DNA of 64,000 nucleotides, taken from contig CBFHAS010000002.1 of NCBI GenBank assembly GCA_965653625.1, forward strand, positions 2,335-66,334, read 5' to 3'. The DNA comes from an uncultured Burkholderiaceae bacterium (GTDB lineage Bacteria; Pseudomonadota; Gammaproteobacteria; Burkholderiales; Burkholderiaceae_C). This document shows positions 18,879 through 29,710 of the stretch, piece after piece; within the stretch, counting starts at the first letter, position 1; every line of letters starts with the position of its first letter. The translations under genes and the position numbers were made by a program. The notes under the pieces were generated by a model that saw only the letters and a program-made list of their open reading frames with translations, was not told the DNA's origin and made no database searches.

Positions 18879-21314
18879 ATGAGAAAGATGAAGTTGGTGA
18901 TGGTGGGCAACGGCATGGCCGGCGTGCGAACCCTTGAGGAGTTGCTGAAGATCGCTCCCGATCTTTACGACATCACAGTCTTCGGTGCGGAGCCGCACCC
19001 GAACTACAACCGCATCCTCTTGTCCCCCGTACTGGCCGGCGAGCAGACGCTGGACGAAATTGTGCTGAACCCACTCTCCTGGTACGAGGAGAACGGCATC
19101 CGCCTGCACCTGGGCAAGAAGGTGGTCGAAGTGGACCGCACACGGCGCATCGTGCGCGCCGCCGACGGCACCGAGGCCGAGTACGACCGGCTGCTGTTGG
19201 CCACTGGCTCCAATCCATTCATTCTGCCGGTGCCCGGAAAGGATCTGGAAGGCGTGATCGCCTACCGGGACATCGCCGACACCAACGCCATGATCGAGGC
19301 GGCCGCCAAGTTCAAGCATGCAGTGGTTATCGGCGGCGGCCTGCTCGGGCTGGAGGCGGCAAATGGCCTGATGCTGCGCGGCATGCAGGTCAGCGTGGTC
19401 CACATCATGCCGTGGCTGATGGAGCGGCAGCTGGACGACACAGCGGGCAAGCTGCTGCAGAAGTCACTCGAAGACCGGGGTCTCAAATTCCTCATCGGCG
19501 CGCAGACACAAGCGCTCATCGGCGGCAAGGACGGCCATGTGATGGCTGTGCAGTTCAAGGACGGCAGCGAGGTCCCGGCCGACCTGGTCGTCATGGCGGC
19601 CGGCATCCGGCCAAATACCGAGCTCGCGGAGAAGATCGGCATCCACTGCAACCGCGGCATCGTGGTCACCGACACCATGCAGACGATCACCGACCCGCGC
19701 GTGTACTCGGTCGGCGAATGCGCCTCGCACCGCGGCGTGGCCTATGGGCTGGTGGCGCCGCTGTTCGAGCAGGGCAAGGTGTGCGCCACGCACCTCGCGC
19801 AGTTCGGCATCGGCCGCTATACCGGCAGCCAGGTGAGCACCAAGCTCAAGGTCACCGGCATCGACCTGTTCTCCGCCGGCAACTTCACTGGCGGCAAGGA
19901 CTGCGAGGAGATCGTCATGAGCGATCCCTTTGGCGGCGTGTACAAGAAGCTGGTCATACAGAATGACAAGCTGGTCGGCGCCTGCCTGTACGGCGACACG
20001 GTCGACGGCTCGTGGTACTTCAAGCTGCTGCGCGAGGGCCGCAATGTCTCCGACATCCGCGACAAGCTGATGTTCGGCGAATCGAACATCGGCGACACCG
20101 GACACGAAGGCCACAACAAGGCCGCGGTGATGGCCGACGCCGACGAGGTTTGCGGCTGCAACGGAGTGAACAAGGGCACCATCTGCAAGGCCATCAAGGA
20201 GAAGGGCTTGTTCACGCTCGACGAGGTGCGCAAGCACACCAAGGCCAGCGCCTCGTGCGGGTCGTGCACGGGGTTGGTCGAGCAACTGCTCATGTTCACC
20301 GCCGGAGGCGACTACTCCAAGGCACCCACCAAGAAGGCAATGTGCGGGTGCACTGATGCAAGCCATCAGGATGTGCGCGAGGTCATTCGCAACGAGCATC
20401 TGCTCACCATCGACGCCGTGTACCAGCGCATGGGCTGGCGCACGCCCAATGGCTGCGCGAGCTGCCGGCCGGCAGTGAACTACTACCTCATCAGCACTTG
20501 GCCCAAGGAGGCCAAGGACGATCCGCAGTCGCGCTACATCAACGAGCGCAGCCACGCCAACATCCAGAAGGACGGCACCTACTCGGTGATCCCGCGCATG
20601 TGGGGCGGCGAGACGACGGCCGACGAACTGCGCCGTATCGCGGACGCGGTGGACAAATACAAGATTCCCACCGTCAAGGTGACCGGCGGGCAGCGCATCG
20701 ACCTGCTGGGCGTGAAGAAGGAAGACCTGGTCAATGTGTGGAAGGACATCGGCATGCCTTCCGGCCATGCCTATGCCAAGGCGCTGCGCACGGTGAAGAC
20801 GTGCGTGGGCAGCGAGTGGTGTCGCTTTGGCACGCAGGACTCCACGCAGATGGGCAAGGACCTGGAGCGAGCGCTGTGGCGCATGTACGCGCCGCACAAG
20901 GTCAAGCTCGCCGTGTCGGGCTGCCCGCGCAACTGCGCCGAAGCGGGCATCAAGGACGTGGGTGTCATCGGCGTCGACTCCGGCTGGGAGATCTACGTGG
21001 CCGGCAACGGCGGCATCAAAACCGAGGTGGCGCATTTCCTGTGCAAGCTGAAAAGTGCCGAGGAAGTGCTCGAATACAGCGGCGCGTTCCTGCAGCTCTA
21101 CCGGGAAGAAGGCTGGTACCTGGAACGCACGGTGCATTACGTGGGTCGTGTGGGGCTCGATTACGTGAAAAACAAGATTTTGGAAGACCATGCTGGTCGC
21201 AAGGCGCTGTGGGAACGGCTGCAGTTCTCGCTCGACGGCGAACCCGATCCGTGGTTCGAGTTCGACAAGGCCACTGTCGACACGCGGCAGTTCGTTCCGG
21301 TGGAGGCCGTATGA
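18879..21314 (+). CDS. nirB: NAD(P)H-dependent assimilatory nitrite reductase large subunit
   Basis: VGNGMAG, GGGLLGLEAA, two BFD-like CxC...CxxC motifs, siroheme ligands CVG...C / SGCPRNC. Confidence 0.96.
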   Translation: MRKMKLVMVGNGMAGVRTLEELLKIAPDLYDITVFGAEPHPNYNRILLSPVLAGEQTLDEIVLNPLSWYEENGIRLHLGKKVVEVDRTRRIVRAADGTEAEYDRLLLATGSNPFILPVPGKDLEGVIAYRDIADTNAMIEAAAKFKHAVVIGGGLLGLEAANGLMLRGMQVSVVHIMPWLMERQLDDTAGKLLQKSLEDRGLKFLIGAQTQALIGGKDGHVMAVQFKDGSEVPADLVVMAAGIRPNTELAEKIGIHCNRGIVVTDTMQTITDPRVYSVGECASHRGVAYGLVAPLFEQGKVCATHLAQFGIGRYTGSQVSTKLKVTGIDLFSAGNFTGGKDCEEIVMSDPFGGVYKKLVIQNDKLVGACLYGDTVDGSWYFKLLREGRNVSDIRDKLMFGESNIGDTGHEGHNKAAVMADADEVCGCNGVNKGTICKAIKEKGLFTLDEVRKHTKASASCGSCTGLVEQLLMFTAGGDYSKAPTKKAMCGCTDASHQDVREVIRNEHLLTIDAVYQRMGWRTPNGCASCRPAVNYYLISTWPKEAKDDPQSRYINERSHANIQKDGTYSVIPRMWGGETTADELRRIADAVDKYKIPTVKVTGGQRIDLLGVKKEDLVNVWKDIGMPSGHAYAKALRTVKTCVGSEWCRFGTQDSTQMGKDLERALWRMYAPHKVKLAVSGCPRNCAEAGIKDVGVIGVDSGWEIYVAGNGGIKTEVAHFLCKLKSAEEVLEYSGAFLQLYREEGWYLERTVHYVGRVGLDYVKNKILEDHAGRKALWERLQFSLDGEPDPWFEFDKATVDTRQFVPVEAV

Positions 21315-21670
21315 GCAGCGGCTGGAAAGCCATCTGCCAGGTGGGCGACATCCCCATGCTGGGCGCGCGTCGTGTGGCGCGCAGTTGCGGCAGCGACGTG
21401 GCCATCTTCCGTAACGCCCAGGACAAAGTCTTCGCGCTGCTCGACCGCTGCCCGCACAAGGGCGGCCCGCTGAGCCAGGGCATCGTGTTCGGCGAGAGCG
21501 TAGCCTGCCCGCTGCACAACTGGACCATCGGGCTGGACGACGGCTGCGCCAAGGCGCCCGACGTAGGCTGCACCACCAAGTTCAGCGTGAGGGTCGAGAA
21601 CGGCACCGTGCATCTGAACCTGGACGAGCTGAACGGCCTGGCCTTGAACGAGGCGCGCGACACCGCATGA
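21311..21670 (+). CDS. nirD: Nitrite reductase small (Rieske) subunit
   Basis: CPHKGG...CPLHNW; ATGA overlap with nirB. Confidence 0.93.
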   Translation: MSSGWKAICQVGDIPMLGARRVARSCGSDVAIFRNAQDKVFALLDRCPHKGGPLSQGIVFGESVACPLHNWTIGLDDGCAKAPDVGCTTKFSVRVENGTVHLNLDELNGLALNEARDTA

Positions 21671-24474
21671 ACGCCGTGGACTCGGCGCGCATGGAGACGC
21701 GCTCGACCTGTCCTTACTGCGGTGTGGGTTGCGGCGTGATCATCGAATCGCAGGGCAGCCGGATCACCGGCGTGCGCGGCGATCCGCAGCATCCGTCGAA
21801 CTTCGGCCGGCTGTGCACCAAGGGCAGCACGCTTGCCCTCACGGCCGCGCAGCCCATCACGCTGCAGACCCGCCTGCTGCATCCTCAGTGGCGTTCACAG
21901 CGCGGCACCGCACCTCAGCGCATCGGCTGGGACTCCGCGCTCAACGTGGCCGCCGAGCGGTTCGACCGCATCATCTCGGAGCACGGCCCGGACGCGGTGG
22001 GCTTCTACATCTCCGGCCAACTGCTTACCGAGGACTATTACGTTTTCAACAAGCTGGCGAAGGGCCTCATCGGCACCAACAACATCGACACCAACTCGCG
22101 CCTGTGCATGAGCAGCGCGGTGGCAGGCTACAAGCTCACGCTGGGCGCCGACGCGCCACCCCCCTGCTACGAAGACCTCGCGCACGCCAGCGTGCTGTTC
22201 ATCGTGGGATCGAACACGGCCTTCGCCCACCCGATCCTCTTTCGGCGCATCGAGGATGCGAAGCGTGCCAACCCGCAACTGAAGATCGTCGTTGCCGACC
22301 CGCGTCGCACGGAAACGGCCGAAGCAGCGGACTTGTACTTGCCCATCATGCCCGGCAGCGACGTCGCCCTGTTCAACGGCATGCTGCACGTGATGCTGTG
22401 GGAGGGCCTCACCGACCAAAGCTTCATCGCCAATCACACCAGTGGTTTCGACCTGCTGCGCGATCGGGTGCGCAACTACACGCCCAAGGAAGTGGCCACG
22501 CTGTGCGGCATCCCGGAGCAAGACCTCATCACGGCCGCGCGCTGGTTCGCCGGCCTGCGCGATAAAGCGCCAGGCCACCGGGATCCCACGCTGTCGCTGT
22601 ACTGCCAGGGCCTGAACCAGAGCAGCAGCGGCACCCTGAAGAACGCCGCGCTCGTCAACCTGCACCTGGCCACGGGCCAGATCGGCCAGCCTGGTGCGGG
22701 GCCTTTCTCGCTCACTGGCCAACCCAACGCCATGGGCGGGCGCGAGGTGGGCGGCATGGCCAACTTGCTAAGCGCGCACCGCGACTTGTCCAACGCCGAC
22801 CATCGCGCCGAAGTGGCCCGGCTGTGGGGCGTGCCTCAGGTGCCGTCGCTGCCCGGCAAGACGGCGGTCGAAATGTTCGAGGCTGCCGCCGACGGCGAGA
22901 TCAAGGCGCTGTGGATCGCGTGCACCAATCCCGCCCAGTCGCTGCCCGACCAGGCCACGGTGCGCCGCGCCCTGCAGCGCGCCGAGTTCGTGGTGGTGCA
23001 GGAAGCGTTCGCCACCACTGCGACCTGCTCCTTTGCCGACCTGCTGCTGCCGGCCACCACCTGGGGCGAGAAGGACGGCACCGTCACCAACAGCGAACGC
23101 CGCATCAGCCGCGTGCGCCCCGCCGTGCCGGCACCGGGCGAGACGCGCGACGACTGGCTCATTGCCACCGAGTTCGCACACCGGCTCGAATCGCGCCTGC
23201 GGGCCGGCCGGCTCACGCTGTTTCCCTACGCGACGCCCGAGTCGGTGTGGAACGAACACCGCGAATCGACGCGCGGCCGCGACCTCGACATCACGGGCCT
23301 GAGCTATGCGCAGCTCGACGAGCAACCCGCGCAGTGGCCTTTCCCCGAGGGCGCGGCCCAAGGCAAGCCCAGGCTGTACGAAGACGGTGTCTTCCCGACC
23401 GACGACGGGCGCGCGCGCTTTGCCGACACGCCCCATGAGAAGCTGGCCGAGCCGCGCGATGCTCGCTACCCGTTCTCACTCACCACCGGCCGGCTGCGCG
23501 ATCAGTGGCACGGCATGAGCCGCACCGGCACGCTGGGCCGCCTGTTCGGCCACGTGCCGGAGCCCGCCATCGAGATGAGCGCTCAGGACATCGCGCGTCT
23601 GCGCTTGGCCGACGGCGACCTCGTCTACGTGACCTCGCGCCGAGGCAGCATCGTGCTGCCGGTGCAAGCCAGCGCACAGGTGGCGCCGGCGCAGGCTTTC
23701 ATCGCCATGCATTGGGGCGAGGAGTTCGTGTCGGGCCACAGCAGCACAGGCCAGCCCAGCGCGGGCGTCAACGCGCTCACCACACCGGCCTTTTGCCCGC
23801 GCTCGAAACAGCCCGAACTCAAGCACGCGGCGGTGAAGATCCTCAAAGCCGAACTCCCCTGGCGCCTGCTCGCCGTGGCCTGGCTACCGGACGACCATGC
23901 CTGGCAGGCGCGCGAGCAGCTGCGCGAGTTGATGCCGCGGTTCACCTACGCCACTTGCGTGCCCTTCGGCCGTGAGCGCACCGGCCTGCTGTTCCGCGCG
24001 GCAGCCCACGAGGCGGCCGCCGACGACATCGTGGCCCGCATCGAGCAGACGCTGGGCCTGGCCGGCGCCGACGTGCTGCACTACGCGGACCGCCGCCGCG
24101 GCCAGCGGCGCAGCGTGCGGCTACAGCGGCATGGCAGCGATGCCCGGCTCGAGGCTTTCCTTCTGGCCGGCGATATCACCGCCGAAGCCTGGATCAAAAC
24201 CCTGCTGCAGGATGAGCTGCCGGCGCAGGCTTACGGCCGCCTGCTGCTCGTGCCCGGCGCCAAGGCGCCGGTGGCCGTGACCGCGCGTGGCCGGCAGGTG
24301 TGCAGCTGCTTCAACGTGAGTGAACCCGAGATCGGCGCTGCACTGGTGTCCTGCGCCGGCCCACCCGACACGCAGCTACAGCAGCTCCAGGAGGCGCTCA
24401 AATGCGGCACGCAATGCGGCTCCTGCGTACCGGAGCTCAAGCGAATCGTGAGGCTACGGCAGCAGGCCGCGTAG
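21667..24474 (+). CDS. nasA: Assimilatory nitrate reductase catalytic subunit (Mo-bisPGD)
   Basis: CPYCGVGC...LCTKG, NSRLCMSSA, GQPNAMGGRE, TTGRLRDQWH, C-terminal CSCF...CGSC. Confidence 0.95.
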   Translation: MNAVDSARMETRSTCPYCGVGCGVIIESQGSRITGVRGDPQHPSNFGRLCTKGSTLALTAAQPITLQTRLLHPQWRSQRGTAPQRIGWDSALNVAAERFDRIISEHGPDAVGFYISGQLLTEDYYVFNKLAKGLIGTNNIDTNSRLCMSSAVAGYKLTLGADAPPPCYEDLAHASVLFIVGSNTAFAHPILFRRIEDAKRANPQLKIVVADPRRTETAEAADLYLPIMPGSDVALFNGMLHVMLWEGLTDQSFIANHTSGFDLLRDRVRNYTPKEVATLCGIPEQDLITAARWFAGLRDKAPGHRDPTLSLYCQGLNQSSSGTLKNAALVNLHLATGQIGQPGAGPFSLTGQPNAMGGREVGGMANLLSAHRDLSNADHRAEVARLWGVPQVPSLPGKTAVEMFEAAADGEIKALWIACTNPAQSLPDQATVRRALQRAEFVVVQEAFATTATCSFADLLLPATTWGEKDGTVTNSERRISRVRPAVPAPGETRDDWLIATEFAHRLESRLRAGRLTLFPYATPESVWNEHRESTRGRDLDITGLSYAQLDEQPAQWPFPEGAAQGKPRLYEDGVFPTDDGRARFADTPHEKLAEPRDARYPFSLTTGRLRDQWHGMSRTGTLGRLFGHVPEPAIEMSAQDIARLRLADGDLVYVTSRRGSIVLPVQASAQVAPAQAFIAMHWGEEFVSGHSSTGQPSAGVNALTTPAFCPRSKQPELKHAAVKILKAELPWRLLAVAWLPDDHAWQAREQLRELMPRFTYATCVPFGRERTGLLFRAAAHEAAADDIVARIEQTLGLAGADVLHYADRRRGQRRSVRLQRHGSDARLEAFLLAGDITAEAWIKTLLQDELPAQAYGRLLLVPGAKAPVAVTARGRQVCSCFNVSEPEIGAALVSCAGPPDTQLQQLQEALKCGTQCGSCVPELKRIVRLRQQAA

Positions 24475-24556
24475 CAACGCACGGCAGCCTCCCATCCATG
24501 TGTGCGCACCATTTCCAGAAGCCCGAAACTTGCCTCTCGCCGGTGCAGGAGACCTC

Positions 24557-25510
24557 ATGAGCATCGCCCCCTACATCAAGGAAATCGGACGCGGCAAGGA
24601 TGGTGCGCGTTCGCTCGACCAGGCTCAAGCCTACGACTTGATGAGCCAGGTGCTAGACGGCCGGGTCACCGACCTGGAGATTGGCGCCTTCTGCGTGGCC
24701 ATGCGCATCAAAGGTGAGTCCATCGAGGAACTGGCCGGTTTCCTGGATGCGGTGGAAGAGCGATGCCACCCGCTTCGCACGACGCAACCCATCGTGGTGC
24801 TGCCTTCGTACAACGGCGCACGCAGGCTGCCCAACCTCACCCCGCTGCTGGCGCTGCTGCTTGCACAGGACGGCGTTCCCGTGCTGGTGCATGGGCCCAT
24901 GCGCGATCCCGGCCGAGTGACGAGCGCCGAGGTGTTCCACGATCTGGGCCTGCCCGTCGCGCACGACGTCGCCGATGTCACTCACGCCTGGTCGCGGCAC
25001 GAGCCCGTCTTCATCGCCACCGAGGTGCTATGCCCGCCGCTGGCGCGGCTGCTGGAGGCGCGCTGGGTGATCGGCCTGCGCAATCCCGGTCATACGGTCG
25101 CCAAGCTCATCGATCCCACGCGGGGCGGGGCGGCCTTGCGCGTGTGCAACTACACCCATCCGGAGTACGGCCAGGCGCTGGCCCTGTTCCTGCGCCACAC
25201 CGGGGCGAACGCCGTGCTGATGCGCGGCACCGAGGGCGAGCCGGTGGCCGATCCGCGCCGCCTGCCCAAGCTCGACGTGTACATGCGTGGCAGCCCGCGG
25301 CCCGACCTCTCCCTCGCTGCTCAGGAAGGCGTGCTCACCGAGCTGCCCGTGCTGCCGCGTGACATCGATGCCGCGACCACCGCTGTGTACATCCAGTCCG
25401 TGGTGAGCGGTGAGAAGCCCGCGCCCTCGCCGCTGCTGCAGCAGGCCGAAGCCCTGCGGCGGGCGCTCGGCGCCTGGACTGAAGCGCCTTCCCGGGAGTT
25501 GACAGCATGA
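24557..25510 (+). CDS. ybiB: YbiB / TrpD2-like (anthranilate PRTase fold) protein
   Basis: YIKEIGRGKDGARSL, MRIKGES, PSYNGAR, RGTEGE. Confidence 0.85.
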   Translation: MSIAPYIKEIGRGKDGARSLDQAQAYDLMSQVLDGRVTDLEIGAFCVAMRIKGESIEELAGFLDAVEERCHPLRTTQPIVVLPSYNGARRLPNLTPLLALLLAQDGVPVLVHGPMRDPGRVTSAEVFHDLGLPVAHDVADVTHAWSRHEPVFIATEVLCPPLARLLEARWVIGLRNPGHTVAKLIDPTRGGAALRVCNYTHPEYGQALALFLRHTGANAVLMRGTEGEPVADPRRLPKLDVYMRGSPRPDLSLAAQEGVLTELPVLPRDIDAATTAVYIQSVVSGEKPAPSPLLQQAEALRRALGAWTEAPSRELTA

Positions 25511-26298
25511 GCACGGCTTCAAATCTGGCGGTACCCGGTCAGCCCGTCGTCCACCTCGTCGGCGCCGGGCCCGGCGATCCTGAGCTGCTCACGGTCAAGG
25601 CCATCAAGGCCATCCGCTCGGCCACCGTGCTGCTGGTCGATGATCTGGTCGGCCCCGATGTGCGGCGCTATGCGCGCCGTTCGACGCGCATCGTCCATGT
25701 GGGCAAGCGCGGCGGCTGCGCCAGCACCCCGCAAGCCTTCATCGAGAAGCTGATGGCCGCCGAGGCGCTGAAGGGAGAGCGTGTGGTGCGGCTCAAGGGG
25801 GGTGACCCCTTCGTGTTCGGCCGCGGGGGCGAGGAGGCCGAGCATCTGCGTGCTCACGGCATCCGCGTCGAGGTCATCAACGGCATCACCTCCGGCCTTG
25901 CCGCGGCCACCTCTCTTGGCGTGCCGCTCACTCACCGCGAGCACGCCCATGGCGTGCTGTTCGTGACAGGGCACGCCAAGGGAGACGACGCAGGTCTGCA
26001 CTGGCCCACGCTCGCCGCTGCGGCGGCGCAAGGCATCACGCTGGTGATCTACATGGGCGTGTCCACCGTGGAAGCCCTGCAGGACGGCCTGCTCGAGGCT
26101 TTGCCGCACGGCACGCCCGTGGCTGTGGTGCAGCGGGCGAGCCTGCCGGACCAAAGACAATGGCATGCGACCCTCGGCGAGCTGGTGGAACTGGTGCGGC
26201 GCGAAGGCGCGGCCAGCCCGGCCATCATCATCGTGGGCGACGTGCTGCGGGGCATGCAGCATTGGCAAGCGGCACAACACGAAAGCCGCGTGGCCTGA
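25507..26298 (+). CDS. cobA: Uroporphyrinogen-III C-methyltransferase (siroheme synthesis)
   Basis: VGAGPGDPELLT, RLKGGDPFVFGRGGEE. Confidence 0.93.
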   Translation: MSTASNLAVPGQPVVHLVGAGPGDPELLTVKAIKAIRSATVLLVDDLVGPDVRRYARRSTRIVHVGKRGGCASTPQAFIEKLMAAEALKGERVVRLKGGDPFVFGRGGEEAEHLRAHGIRVEVINGITSGLAAATSLGVPLTHREHAHGVLFVTGHAKGDDAGLHWPTLAAAAAQGITLVIYMGVSTVEALQDGLLEALPHGTPVAVVQRASLPDQRQWHATLGELVELVRREGAASPAIIIVGDVLRGMQHWQAAQHESRVA

Positions 26299-26299
26299 T

Positions 26300-27457
26300 T
26301 CAGGGCAAGGCCCGACGAGCGGCCAGCGCCAGCACCACAGCGAAAGCCGCCACCGTGTACAGGCCGGTGGTGAGCGAGGAGCGTTCCGCAATCATCCCGA
26401 TCAAGGGGGGCCCGGCCATCATCCCGAGGTAGCCGAGCGACGCGACAGCCGCGATGCCATGCGCGGGCGTCACGCCCGGCGCCCGCGCCGCGGCGCTGAA
26501 GAGCAACGGCACCACGTTGGCGAATCCCAGCCCGACGAGAGCAAAGCCCAGCAACGCAGCGACCGGCTGCGGCACCACCAGCGCCAACAGCATGCCGGCA
26601 GCACCCAGCGCACCGCTCATGCGCAGCAACAGCACCGCCGACAGGCGCGCTCGCACCCAGTCGCCACCGAACCGCGCCAGCGCCATGGCCGCGCTGAAGC
26701 TGGCGTAGGCCAGCGCGGCCACGCCCGCGTCGGCGCGCAACTCCTGAGCCAGGTAAAGCACGCTCCAGTCGTACATCGCCCCCTCGCCGATGAGGCCCAA
26801 AGCCGCGAGCACGCCGATGAGCGCCAGCGGCCCGGTGGGCAGGCTCATCGAGCTGCTTCGAGCCGATGGCCCCTGCATGCGCAGCATCAGGCACGCTCCC
26901 GCGATGATTACCAGGGCACTCGCCACGGCCGCCGTAAGCAGGTGCTGCGGCGCCCTCACCTGCGCCGCATGGAACATGCTGCCCATCGCGGCGCCGGCCA
27001 TGCCACCGAGGCTGAACATGCCGTGAAAGCCGCTCATCATCGGTCGGCCGGCCAGGCGTTCGAGTTCGCTCGCTTCGGCGTTGATGGACACATCCATGAG
27101 GCTGCCGGCCGTGCCGTACGCGAGCATCACCGCAAGCAGCGCTGCATAGCGATCGAAGGCCAGCAGCAAGGCGATGCTGATGGCGCACACCAGCCCCGTG
27201 GCCAGCGTGACGCCGCGGGGGCCAAACCGACCCACCACGCGGCCCGCTTGCGGCAGGGCCACCAACGCGCCCACGCCCGCGGCAAGCATGGCGATTCCCA
27301 GGGCCTGCTCGCCCAGCGCGTAGTGCACCTTGATGCTCGGCACGTGCACGCCCCAGGTGGCGAAAAGTGCACCGGAAATGAAGAACTGCGCGCGCACACC
27401 CCAGGCCGCCTGTGCCAGCACGCGGCTCGATTGGGACGTGGCGGTGACGGACGACAT
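26300..27457 (-). CDS. MFS transporter (YbjJ-like)
   Basis: About 12 hydrophobic segments; HGMFSLG, EGAMYDWS. Confidence 0.85.
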   Translation of the reverse strand: MSSVTATSQSSRVLAQAAWGVRAQFFISGALFATWGVHVPSIKVHYALGEQALGIAMLAAGVGALVALPQAGRVVGRFGPRGVTLATGLVCAISIALLLAFDRYAALLAVMLAYGTAGSLMDVSINAEASELERLAGRPMMSGFHGMFSLGGMAGAAMGSMFHAAQVRAPQHLLTAAVASALVIIAGACLMLRMQGPSARSSSMSLPTGPLALIGVLAALGLIGEGAMYDWSVLYLAQELRADAGVAALAYASFSAAMALARFGGDWVRARLSAVLLLRMSGALGAAGMLLALVVPQPVAALLGFALVGLGFANVVPLLFSAAARAPGVTPAHGIAAVASLGYLGMMAGPPLIGMIAERSSLTTGLYTVAAFAVVLALAARRALP

Positions 27458-27530
27458 GTGACCCGCGGCAAAGGCACGCATTCTAGGAATGAGTGCGGAG
27501 CGCACAGATGGGCCGGGATAATGCCGCGCC

Positions 27531-28775
27531 ATGCCCCACTTCGATGCCGTCGTCATCGGCGCCGGCGCCGCCGGCTTGCTCTGTGCCGGCCTGGCCGGAC
27601 AGCGCGCACTGTCAGTTCTACTCCTTGACCATTCGAGTCGGCTTGCGGAGAAGATCCGCATCTCGGGCGGCGGCCGGTGCAACTTCACCAACCGCGACGC
27701 CGGCCCGGCAAACTTCTTGTCTGCCAATCCGCCGTTCTGCCGCTCGGCGCTGGCGCGCTACACGCCGCAGGATTTCATCGCGCTGGTGCAGCGGCACCGC
27801 ATCACCTTCCACGAGAAGCACAAGGGCCAGCTCTTTTGCGACGACTCCAGCGAACGCATCATCGAGATGCTGCTTGGCGAGTGCGAACAAGGCGGGGTGA
27901 CGCGCTGGCAGCCGTGCCGGGTGCACGAGTTGCGCCGCCACGGCGCCGGGGGTTTCGAGCTGGAGACCGAAGGCGGCAACGTACGCGCGGCACAGGTCGT
28001 CGTCGCCACCGGCGGGCTGTCGATTCCCAAGATCGGGGCCACCGACTTCGGCTACACCATCGCACGCCGCTTTGGCCACCGCATCGTGCCCACGCGGCCG
28101 GCACTGGTTCCGCTCACTTTTGACGCGGCTGCCTGGGCGCCTTTCGCCCCGTTGTCCGGTTTGTCGCTCCCGGCCCGCGTGTGCACTGGCACAGGCTCAG
28201 CGCGCGGCGAGTTCCTCGAAGACCTGCTATTCACCCACCGCGGCCTGAGCGGGCCGGCCACTCTGCAGATCTCCAGCTACTGGACTCCGGGCGACCCGAT
28301 CTGCCTCGATCTCGCTCCAAGCCGCGATTTGGCCGTGGATCTTGCGCACGCCAAGAATTCGTCGCGGCGAAAGCTCGACAACGAACTGGCGCAGCTCATT
28401 CCGCGACGTCTGGCGGAAACCTGGCTTGCAGGCCTTCCTGAAATCGCGGGCCGACCCCTTCCCGAATTGCGCGACAAGCAACTGCATCACCTTGCGAGCA
28501 CGCTCCAACAGTGGCGGCTCGTGCCATCCGGCACAGAGGGATATCGCAAGGCCGAGGTCACTGCCGGAGGCGTGGATACGCGCGAGCTTAGCTCGCAGAC
28601 CATGGAAAGCCGCCTGTGCGCGGGCCTGTTCTTCATCGGTGAAGTCGTGGACGTGACCGGCTGGCTAGGCGGCTACAACTTCCAATGGGCATGGGCCAGC
28701 GCCGCGGCGTGCGCCCGCTCGTTGGTCGGCAGCACGGCGCACACCGCGAGCACCGCTGACAGCTCATTGCGGTGA
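27531..28775 (+). CDS. HI0933/YhiN-family flavoprotein
   Basis: [34 protein letters not shown]. Confidence 0.92.
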   Translation: MPHFDAVVIGAGAAGLLCAGLAGQRALSVLLLDHSSRLAEKIRISGGGRCNFTNRDAGPANFLSANPPFCRSALARYTPQDFIALVQRHRITFHEKHKGQLFCDDSSERIIEMLLGECEQGGVTRWQPCRVHELRRHGAGGFELETEGGNVRAAQVVVATGGLSIPKIGATDFGYTIARRFGHRIVPTRPALVPLTFDAAAWAPFAPLSGLSLPARVCTGTGSARGEFLEDLLFTHRGLSGPATLQISSYWTPGDPICLDLAPSRDLAVDLAHAKNSSRRKLDNELAQLIPRRLAETWLAGLPEIAGRPLPELRDKQLHHLASTLQQWRLVPSGTEGYRKAEVTAGGVDTRELSSQTMESRLCAGLFFIGEVVDVTGWLGGYNFQWAWASAAACARSLVGSTAHTASTADSSLR

Positions 28776-28791
28776 GGGATTTTGGCGTGGC

Positions 28792-28797
28792 TATAAT
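28792..28797 (+). promoter_or_regulatory. Probable sigma70 -10 element of rpsU
   Basis: Perfect TATAAT about 125 nt before rpsU; -35 not convincing. Confidence 0.55.
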
Positions 28798-28920
28798 CGC
28801 CGACTTTGCTGGCAAACCGCGCCGCGACCGTGTGGGACACGCAGGCTTGGAAAGTCCGGACCTTTCCCCGCCAGGCAACACCCGGCACCGCGCCAAAATC
28901 ATTTAGGACCTATCGACTAC

Positions 28921-29133
28921 ATGACTACGATTCGCGTCAAAGAAAACGAGCCGTTCGACGTGGCATTGCGCCGCTTCAAGCGCACCATCGAGAAACTCGG
29001 CCTGCTGACCGATCTTCGTGCCCGCGAGTTCTATGAGAAGCCCACCGCCGAGCGCAAGCGCAAGAAGGCGGCTGCGGTCAAGCGCCACTTCAAGCGCATC
29101 CGCAGCATGCAGCTGCCCAAGCGCCTGTACTGA
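28921..29133 (+). CDS. rpsU: 30S ribosomal protein S21
   Basis: [21 protein letters not shown]...YEKPT. Confidence 0.98.
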   Translation: MTTIRVKENEPFDVALRRFKRTIEKLGLLTDLRAREFYEKPTAERKRKKAAAVKRHFKRIRSMQLPKRLY

Positions 29134-29183
29134 ACTGCTGCGGCAACCGCCGCTATCCGCCCCTACGGGCGACGATTTCGCAC

Positions 29184-29209
29184 CGAAAGCCCGCTCTTGC
29201 GGGCTTTCG
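29184..29209 (+). terminator. Hairpin (possible weak terminator) between rpsU and yqeY
   Basis: CGAAAGCCCGC-tctt-GCGGGCTTTCG. Confidence 0.6.
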
Positions 29210-29235
29210 CGTTTCCACCCCATCCCCTGCCCACC

Positions 29236-29682
29236 ATGAGCCTCAAGGACCAGATCACCGAAGACATGAAGACAGCCATGCGCGCCAAGGACGCGGCCCG
29301 GCTACTCACCATCCGCGGGCTCCTGGCCGCGGTGAAGCAGCGCGAGATCGACGAGCGCATCACGCTGGACGACGCCGGCGTGCTCGCGGCAATCGAGAAG
29401 CTGGTCAAGCAGCGCAAGGACTCCATCTCGCAGTTCGCCGCCGCAGGCCGCACCGACCTGGTCGACAAGGAGAGCGCCGAGCTGAAGGTGCTGGAAGGCT
29501 ATCTCCCGCAGCGGCTGTCGGCCGAGGAGATCGCCACCGAAATAGCCAGCATCGTGGCCGAGTTGGGCGCCAGCGGGCCCGCCGACATGGGCAAGGTTAT
29601 GGGCGCCGCCAAGACGCGGCTGGCCGGCAAGGCCGACATGGGCCAGGTGTCGGCAGCAGTCAAACAGGCACTCGCGAAGTAA
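29236..29682 (+). CDS. GatB/YqeY domain protein
   Basis: MSLKDQITEDMKTAMRAKD...DMGKVMG. Confidence 0.93.
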   Translation: MSLKDQITEDMKTAMRAKDAARLLTIRGLLAAVKQREIDERITLDDAGVLAAIEKLVKQRKDSISQFAAAGRTDLVDKESAELKVLEGYLPQRLSAEEIATEIASIVAELGASGPADMGKVMGAAKTRLAGKADMGQVSAAVKQALAK

Positions 29683-29710
29683 CCTGATTCACTGATTCGA
29701 GGAGCCCGAC

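Noticed and set aside
19464-21191. 575-aa minus-strand ORF inside nirB, and similar shadows over uvrB, phaZ, rimO and the kinase
   Set aside because: Fully antisense to well-supported genes.
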